Shown here piece after piece: positions 58,226 to 64,000 of a stretch of DNA of 64,000 nt; position 1 is the first letter of the stretch, and the number at the start of each line of letters is the position of its first letter. The notes beneath the pieces were generated by a model. The model was not told the origin of the DNA and did not search any database. It saw nothing but the letters and a program-made list of their open reading frames with translations. The translations under genes were made by a program, and so were the position numbers. This DNA is from an uncultured Bacillota bacterium. GTDB lineage: Bacteria; Sysuimicrobiota; Sysuimicrobiia; Sysuimicrobiales; Segetimicrobiaceae. The stretch spans positions 864,001 through 928,000 of the forward strand of contig CAWDRG010000009.1 in assembly GCA_963804645.1 (NCBI GenBank). The letters are read 5' to 3'.

Positions 58226-58286
58226 TCTTGGGCACACCCGAGAACGACACGAAAGACTGCTGGATCCGCTCGAAGGGGCGACTCCC
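58226..58286 (-). repeat. Degenerate copy of the 3' end of the esterase gene (direct repeat of 63554-63614)
   Basis: 54/61 nt identical, ungapped; translates GSRPFERIQQSFVSFSGVPK vs GSRLFERIQQSLVWFSGVLK. Confidence 0.9.
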
Positions 58287-58392
58287 TAGCTGCGTTGGGA
58301 GGCGCCTCGCGTGGGGACAAGCGTCCTCGTGGGACCTGGACGCAGTGTGCTCGACCTCCGGTCTTACTCTTGATTGCTGGATCAACCAGCCG

Positions 58393-58791
58393 CTACGGAA
58401 AGATGCCGAGCGCCGCTTCGAGTAGATGGGACACCACGTCCGCGGCCCGGCGAATGTCGTTGCTGTCTCCTGTGCTGAGCGCCTCCGCCATCACGTCCCG
58501 CGCGTGCTCGACGAACTGCTGCGCGCGCTCGGCGCCCGGGAGCCGTTCGTTCTTCGCCTGCGCGAGCGCGGGGATAATCCCGACCGCAACGTTCTTGGAG
58601 TCCAGTCCTTCGCCCGGGTTGCCCGCCTTTTCCTTATACAGGGAGTCCGTCGGACCCACCAGCATGTTGCGCACGCTCCAGCCCAGCGACTTCAGGATCG
58701 TATCGGGAACTTCGTCCGCCACCGACTGAGAGAGGTCGATCGCTTTTTTGAATTGATGGTACGGCACGTGATACGCCGGTCCGTTACCCAC
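58393..58791 (-). CDS. Hypothetical protein (132 aa, probably helical)
   Basis: GTG with GGAGGTGG SD about 30 nt after the cyclase stop; normal protein composition; no family recognised. Confidence 0.7.
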   Translation of the reverse strand: MGNGPAYHVPYHQFKKAIDLSQSVADEVPDTILKSLGWSVRNMLVGPTDSLYKEKAGNPGEGLDSKNVAVGIIPALAQAKNERLPGAERAQQFVEHARDVMAEALSTGDSNDIRRAADVVSHLLEAALGIFP

Positions 58792-58820
58792 GTCCCCACC
58801 TCCGTGCCTGTTGAAGCTCT

Positions 58821-61451
58821 TTACGATAGGCTTCGCGCTTCACGAACGGCGTCCTCCAGTGTCATGGCCCGCCCCTCGTGCCACGCCGTCGAAAACGCAT
58901 CGTCTCCAAGTTCGGTGCGCGCCGCGCTGATCGGAGCATCGTACGGGTGGTCCGCCGGCGGCAGGGGAGTTTGTAGGACTTCCCGCAGCGCCTCCGCTGC
59001 CCCGAACAACAGCGCCGCGCGCCGTGCCTGCCCCTGCGCGGACGCCAGGCACGCAAAGCCTTCCAGGGCGTACGCGATGCCGCGTTCATCGCGCAGCTCC
59101 TGCCGGATCACGAGGCTTTCGTCGATGAGCGACCGTGCCGATGCGTAGTCCCCCCGGTTGCACGCGACAAACCCGAGGTTGACCAACGCCATGGCCATGT
59201 TCTGCTTGTCGCCGCGCTCGCGCCAGATGGTCAAACTCTCCCCGATCAGCGCATGCGCGGTCTCAAAGTCTCCCTGGCGCTGGACGACGCGCCCGAGGTT
59301 GTGGAGAGAGTTCGCGATGCCCCACGCATCGCCGAGCCGCCGTCTGATTGCCAGGCTTTGCTCATAGGCATCGCGTGCGGACGCGTATTCGCCCTGTCCG
59401 GCGGCCACCATGCCCAAGCCGTTGAGCGCGGCGGCGAGGCCCGCCTCGCTTCCCACTTCTCGCCACAGCGCCAGCGCCTGCCGCTGGAGGCGCTCGCCGG
59501 CGACGAAGTCGCTCTGCCCAAACACGGCGAGACTGCCGGCCCCCTGTAACGCTTTCGCGCGGATGGCGGGCGGGACGTGCTCGCTCCCGCGCAGCAGCGT
59601 CTCCAGCCATCTTCGGCCTTCCACGAAATGCCCGCGGATGAACCAAAACCGCCATACCGCGCCGGCGATCCGCAGCCCCGCCTCGGTGTCGTGGCCGGTG
59701 GTCGCCCATTCCATGGCCGCCCGCAGGTTGTCGTGTTCCGCGGCAAGCCGGTCCAGCCACGCCGCCTGCTGGGCGCCCACCAATTCGGGCTCTGCGTGCT
59801 CGGCCAGCGTGACATACCACTCGAGATGGCGCTTTCTTGCGGCCTCCACCTCTCGGGCGTCGGCGAGCTGCTCCCGACCGTACTGCGCGACGGTCTCGAG
59901 ATAGCCATAGCGAACGCTTCCATGCTGCTCGTCGGTCAGTACCCACGACTTGAGCACGAGCTGTGTCAGCAGGTCCAGCGTGTCGCTGACGCGCACGTGA
60001 CCGCCCTCGCAGATTGCCTCCGCCGCTGCGAGCGTCCATCCCCCTGAAAAGATGGACAAGCGCCGCATGGTGGCCTGCTCCGCGGGCGTCAGCAATTGAT
60101 ATCCCCAGTCCATCGCCGCCCGGAGCGTCTGCTGCCGCGGCAGGGCCGTCCGGTTTCCTTGCGTGAGCAGGCGGAAGCGGTCGCCCAGGCGCGCGGCAAT
60201 CTCCTCAACCGACAGCGTCGGGGTCCTCGCGGCTGCCAGCTCAATCGCGAGCGGGATGCCGTCGAGATGCCGGCACACCTCCGCCACGGCACGGGCGTTG
60301 TCCGGGGTCAGCGTGAAATTCTGCCGGACCGTCGCCGCCCGTTCCACGAACAGACGGATGGCTTCGTAGTCCATCAGATCCTCCAGGGGCGGCAGGTGCT
60401 GCGGATCGGGGAACGACAGCGACGGCACCCGCCACACGGTCTCGCCCGGAACGCCCAGGACCTCCCGGCTGGTGGCGAGTACGCGCAGGCCCGGGGAGGC
60501 TTGCAGCGTGGCCGCCGCTAGCGTGGCACACGCGTCGACCAGATGCTCGCAGTTATCGAGGATCAGCAGCAGCTGCTTGGGGCGCAGCTCATCCATCAGC
60601 ATCGCGTCGAGCGAGCGGCCGGGCGCCTCCCGAACGTCGAGCGCCGATGCCACCGTCGGCAGCACCAAGCCTGGATCGGACAGGGCGCCCAATTCCACGA
60701 ACCACACGCCGTCGGGATATTCCTCAAGCACCCCCATCGCGGTCGCGAGGCTCATTCGCGTTTTTCCGCAGCCGCCGGTGCCTGTCAACGTCAGCAGGCG
60801 GGTCGACGCGAGGAGGCGCCGTAACTCAGCGAGCTCGCGCTCGCGTCCCACGAAACTGCTGAGCGGGCGAGGAAGATGATGCCCACCGATGCGTAGGGAC
60901 CGCAGCGGCGGGAAGTCCGGGGCCAACCCGGGATGCAGTACCTGGAAGAGTCGCTCCGGCTCGCGCAGGTCTTTGAGACGATGCTGCCCCAGGTCGCGGA
61001 GGCTCGTGCCCGCCGGCAGCTTGTCTTCGACGAGGCTCGCTGTTTGACGCGAGAGGAGAATCTGTCCTCCGTGCGCCGCTGCGCAGATGCGCGCGGCCCG
61101 ATGGACGTCAAGGCCGACGTAGTCCTTACCGGCATGCACCGGCTCGCCCGTATGCATGCCCATGCGTACGCGAAGCCCCTCACCTGACGGCCACGGATGT
61201 GCCGCGATCGCCTGCTGCCCCGCAATGGCGGCGGCCACGGCATCCGCGGCACCCGGGAACACGACCAGGAACGCATCGCCCTCGGCACCCACTTCGGTCC
61301 CGCCAAGACGTCCGAAGGCGTCACGGAGAAGTCGATGGTGCTGTGCGAGCACGTCCGCAAACCCGGTGTCTCCGATGCGTTGAAGGAGAACCGTCGAGCC
61401 TTCGATGTCCGTGAAGAGCACGGTGACGGTCCCAGGCGGCAGACCAGACAT
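58821..61451 (-). CDS. Class III adenylate/guanylate cyclase + STAND (NB-ARC-like) NTPase + TPR protein
   Basis: TVLFTDIEGST, EGDAF, RMGMHTGE..DYVGLDVHRAAR; FVGRERE, LTGTGGCGKTR (Walker A), LLILDNCEH (Walker B), LDGIPLAIELAAAR; C-terminal A..LN.LG TPR repeats; ATG 61451 with AGGAG SD. Confidence 0.93.
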   Translation of the reverse strand: MSGLPPGTVTVLFTDIEGSTVLLQRIGDTGFADVLAQHHRLLRDAFGRLGGTEVGAEGDAFLVVFPGAADAVAAAIAGQQAIAAHPWPSGEGLRVRMGMHTGEPVHAGKDYVGLDVHRAARICAAAHGGQILLSRQTASLVEDKLPAGTSLRDLGQHRLKDLREPERLFQVLHPGLAPDFPPLRSLRIGGHHLPRPLSSFVGRERELAELRRLLASTRLLTLTGTGGCGKTRMSLATAMGVLEEYPDGVWFVELGALSDPGLVLPTVASALDVREAPGRSLDAMLMDELRPKQLLLILDNCEHLVDACATLAAATLQASPGLRVLATSREVLGVPGETVWRVPSLSFPDPQHLPPLEDLMDYEAIRLFVERAATVRQNFTLTPDNARAVAEVCRHLDGIPLAIELAAARTPTLSVEEIAARLGDRFRLLTQGNRTALPRQQTLRAAMDWGYQLLTPAEQATMRRLSIFSGGWTLAAAEAICEGGHVRVSDTLDLLTQLVLKSWVLTDEQHGSVRYGYLETVAQYGREQLADAREVEAARKRHLEWYVTLAEHAEPELVGAQQAAWLDRLAAEHDNLRAAMEWATTGHDTEAGLRIAGAVWRFWFIRGHFVEGRRWLETLLRGSEHVPPAIRAKALQGAGSLAVFGQSDFVAGERLQRQALALWREVGSEAGLAAALNGLGMVAAGQGEYASARDAYEQSLAIRRRLGDAWGIANSLHNLGRVVQRQGDFETAHALIGESLTIWRERGDKQNMAMALVNLGFVACNRGDYASARSLIDESLVIRQELRDERGIAYALEGFACLASAQGQARRAALLFGAAEALREVLQTPLPPADHPYDAPISAARTELGDDAFSTAWHEGRAMTLEDAVREARSLS

Positions 61452-62039
61452 CTGGGAAACTCCTACCGGGCCGCTCCGTACGGAGAGCGCAACGCGCGAT
61501 CGTGACACGGTGTCCCGTTCGCCTGCATCCTTCGCTCCCCACGCGTTCGGCGGGCGCAGCGTTGCGCGTTCCCAGCGGCCCGTGTCTGGAATTCATGTGG
61601 AGTTTCCCGCACTCCTCCCCCTGCCAGGCTTCAGCCCGGGATGGGGCGTGGACGCGCCTCTCGGCGTGCTGGCGACGGAGCCGCATCGTTGATCGACTGC
61701 CGCGGGGTGCCGATCCCGGCGGTTGAGCGGTCAACGCAGGGTCAAGATTCCGTGCGCTCGGTGAGGGGCGCTGATGCCGCATGCCGTCCGTCACGGGCGT
61801 CCAGCTCCGACACCCGCGCGGCGTCCGCGTTTCGCGGGCGATCTGCGATCGAACCATGAACGGGGCGGCCGTGGAGGTCGTCGCGGACATTGGGGGGTGT
61901 CCACCCGGAGGTGGAACATGCTGCAGAGAGCGTTTACTGGCTGGTACGCTCGGCCGCGCTGCGAGCTCGCCGCCGCTCCGAATGCAATCGGGGCAGAGCC
62001 AACGCGCGCCGCGTGCTCTCGTCACTCAAGCACGCTCGC

Positions 62040-62228
62040 CTACTGTTGGGAGTCTCCGTGCGCGTTGCCGTCCTTGTGAGTGGGCCATGGCTGGGCCACG
62101 TCCGATGGCATCAGGACGGTCCTGGGGGCGTCGTCGTTCGCCATCACCGTGTCCGCCGCCAGGAGAGCTCCCGCGGTGGCCATGACCAGGAGGCCCGGGA
62201 CGATCGTCCAAAACAACTCCATCGACAT
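62040..62228 (-). CDS. Small putative secreted peptide (62 aa)
   Basis: SD AAGGGAGG; hydrophobic N-terminus ending VMA-NDDA; similar to the neighbouring small ORF. Confidence 0.65.
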   Translation of the reverse strand: MSMELFWTIVPGLLVMATAGALLAADTVMANDDAPRTVLMPSDVAQPWPTHKDGNAHGDSQQ

Positions 62229-62275
62229 CGCCTCCCTTGCGTGCCCATTCTCGTGTTCGGCGCGTGCGTCGCCGG

Positions 62276-62518
62276 CTAGCTCTTCTGAAGCGGCCGAGTA
62301 ACCGGAATAAAGTTGATCGAGTACTGCTGCGCGACGGGGGTCCGGGTGCGTACGGCGGGCGTCGCGGCCGCGTGGAGCGGGAGGACCGTCTCCTGCGTGT
62401 GTGGTTGAAAGTCCCGCGCGTCATCGTCCGCCATGGCGGCGGCCGGTGACAGGTTCCAGCCCGCTCCCAGGGTGAGCATCGCGAGCGCGCCGCTAATCTT
62501 GTTCCAGTAGGGGGTCAT
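62276..62518 (-). CDS. Small putative secreted peptide (80 aa)
   Basis: ATG 62518 with AGAGGAGG SD; signal-peptide-like MTPYWNKISGALAMLTLGAGWNLSPAAAMA-DDDA. Confidence 0.68.
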   Translation of the reverse strand: MTPYWNKISGALAMLTLGAGWNLSPAAAMADDDARDFQPHTQETVLPLHAAATPAVRTRTPVAQQYSINFIPVTRPLQKS

Positions 62519-62602
62519 GACGGGCCCTCCTCTTTCGTTCGACTTCGTGCCCATGGTAGCCGACACGGCGGGGCATGACGTTGACACGGATCACGGCTGG
62601 CA

Positions 62603-62618
62603 TGTGATCTTGCTCACA
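62603..62618. promoter_or_regulatory. Perfect CRP box
   Basis: TGTGA-TCTTGC-TCACA between the divergent crp-family gene and the small-peptide genes; weaker site GTTGA-N6-TCACG at 62580-62595. Confidence 0.82.
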
Positions 62619-62742
62619 GTTCTCGTGGGCGGTGACATGGGGGCGGGGCTGGATTGCGCGGCGTTTCATGGCTGGATCCGTCGCGTGCGTGCCGTGCGCG
62701 GTATACTAGGAACGTACGCTGGACGGAGAGCAGGAGGCATGC

Positions 62743-63447
62743 ATGTCCGGCCGGACGATCCTCGCGCACACACCGCTTTTCGTCGGCTTGTCGAGAGCTG
62801 AGTGCGATGCCCTGGCGGCCCTCCTTCATCCCCACCTATATAGGAAGGGTGCCGTCATCTTCTCGGAAGGCGATCCGGGGAGCACCCTGTACCTGATCGA
62901 GGACGGCGAAGTGAAGCTGACGATCCTCTCCCCCGATGGGAAGGAAGTCATTCTGGCGTTTCTCGGTCCGGGCGGGTTCCTCGGTGAGCTGGCGTTGCTG
63001 GATGGTGGCGCGCGGTCGGCGACCGCGGTCGCGCGGACTCCTTCCAGGCTCTTGGTGCTCGAGCGCGAACATCTGCTAAAGTTCCTGGAGGGCCACCCGA
63101 AGGCCGCCGCCTCCATGCTGGCCGCGTTGAGCCGCCGGCTGCGCCGCACGACCGATCTGATCCACGATGCGGTGTTCCTCGATGGCCCGACCCGCTTGAC
63201 GAAGATTCTCCTCCGGTTCGCGGACGTGGAAGCGAAGGACCGGCCTGGCCCGGACGGCGTCTTGGGTATGCCCCGGCTGACGCAAGAGGAGCTGGCCGAG
63301 GTGGTGGGGGGAACCCGCGAGAGCATCAACCGGTGGCTTCGGATCCTGGCCCGTGAAGGGTTGGTGCGCCGCCGCCGTGGTGTCGTGGAGGTGGTCGACC
63401 CGGAAGGATTGCGCAAGCGGCTGCCGAGACTGGTGAATATCGGATAG
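62743..63447 (+). CDS. Crp/Fnr family regulator, cAMP-binding CRP type
   Basis: IFSEGDPG, GEVKL, FLGELALLDGGARSATA phosphate-binding cassette; HTH LTQEELAEVVGGTRESINRWL. Confidence 0.95.
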   Translation: MSGRTILAHTPLFVGLSRAECDALAALLHPHLYRKGAVIFSEGDPGSTLYLIEDGEVKLTILSPDGKEVILAFLGPGGFLGELALLDGGARSATAVARTPSRLLVLEREHLLKFLEGHPKAAASMLAALSRRLRRTTDLIHDAVFLDGPTRLTKILLRFADVEAKDRPGPDGVLGMPRLTQEELAEVVGGTRESINRWLRILAREGLVRRRRGVVEVVDPEGLRKRLPRLVNIG

Positions 63448-63542
63448 CGTCCGCCGTCAGGGCGCACTCCTCCTATTAAATGTCCGCCGCGATCCCGGCT
63501 TGGCCGAACGGCCGGCGGGTGCGTAGGCGGTGCGGGCTCAGG

Positions 63543-64000
63543 TCACCGATCCATCTTGAGCACACCCGAGAACCACACGAGGGACTGCTGGATCCGCTCG
63601 AAGAGTCGGCTCCCATGAGTGCCGTCGTGCTCCACGGCTTCGTGGGGGACCCCGGCCTCCGTGAGGTGGTGGCTCAGCAGCCGGTGTCCGTAGTGAAGCT
63701 CGAACTCGTCGTGATAGCCCACGTCGAGTCGAATGCCGAGCAGCGCGCGGAGGTTGGCGAGCCGCGGCTGCCACGAGACGACGGGATCATAGCGCAGCCA
63801 CTTGTCCCAGAGTTCGGGGATGACCCTGCCGCTCGGAAACTCGATCGGCAGATCCGCGTAGTACGGAGGCTTTGCCACGTTCGGCGTATAGCAGGACGCG
63901 ATCCCATAGCAGAACCAGGAGTTCACGTTGCCGTTGACGGGGCCGTTGGGTTCTTCCGGGAAGCGTGAGCTGTAGAAGTGGTAGAACCAGGGTTTGTGCG
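63543..64000 (-). CDS. Putative esterase (alpha/beta hydrolase), C-terminal part; 5' end lies outside the window
   Basis: Open frame to the window edge; ..WDKWLRYDP..NLRAL..IRLDVGYHDEF.LHYG..LTEAGVPHEAVEHDGTH: catalytic Asp/His region typical of putative-esterase family proteins. Confidence 0.72.
   Translation of the reverse strand, partial: HKPWFYHFYSSRFPEEPNGPVNGNVNSWFCYGIASCYTPNVAKPPYYADLPIEFPSGRVIPELWDKWLRYDPVVSWQPRLANLRALLGIRLDVGYHDEFELHYGHRLLSHHLTEAGVPHEAVEHDGTHGSRLFERIQQSLVWFSGVLKMDR

Noticed and set aside
61596..61611. Possible CRP site upstream of the cyclase (TGTGG-N6-CCGCA)
   Set aside because: Only 7/10 consensus matches, too weak to call without a position weight matrix.
61918..62079. 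Plus-strand 53-aa ORF with a GGAGG SD (MLQRAFTGWY...)
   Set aside because: It overlaps the 3' end of the better-supported minus-strand peptide gene and has no recognisable features.
1..64000. tRNA, rRNA, CRISPR arrays, IS elements, integrases, phage genes
   Set aside because: None were recognised by eye; tRNAscan, Infernal and ISEScan would be needed to exclude them formally.

Overview
A very GC-rich bacterial window, densely coding, with about 55 genes. I saw no rRNA, tRNA, CRISPR array, transposase or integrase. It has three parts. (1) 1-14 kb is sugar/sugar-acid metabolism: an enolase-superfamily dehydratase, a carbohydrate ABC transporter, an SMP-30 lactonase, IclR, a metallophosphoesterase plus ParB-like pair, a mannitol/mannonate dehydrogenase, and a nickel-pincer cluster (LarA-like, larE split by a 1-nt frameshift, larB, larC). 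(2) 14-58 kb is a large catabolic region with many paralog pairs: 4 family-5 ABC binding proteins, 3 permease pairs but only 1 ATPase pair, 2 RraA-like aldolases, 2 double hot-dog hydratases, 3 class III CoA-transferases, 2 crotonases, a CoA ligase, 2 desulforedoxin-like mini-proteins, an amidohydrolase, an OYE flavoenzyme, 2 MmgE/PrpD proteins, 2 near-identical Ltp2-like thiolase-fold proteins with a DUF35 partner, an M19 dipeptidase and a D-amino-acid dehydrogenase. It has no acyl-CoA or 3-hydroxyacyl-CoA dehydrogenase, which suggests hydration/retro-aldol chemistry. (3) 58.2-63.6 kb is a 5.3-kb cassette bracketed by a 61-bp direct repeat of the 3' end of an esterase gene. It holds an adenylate cyclase-NTPase-TPR protein, a cAMP-type CRP, a perfect CRP box and two small paralogous, probably secreted peptides. 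This cassette is my best candidate for an undescribed system, possibly a peptide/cAMP signalling circuit. All assignments come from motif recognition by eye; no database searches were run.
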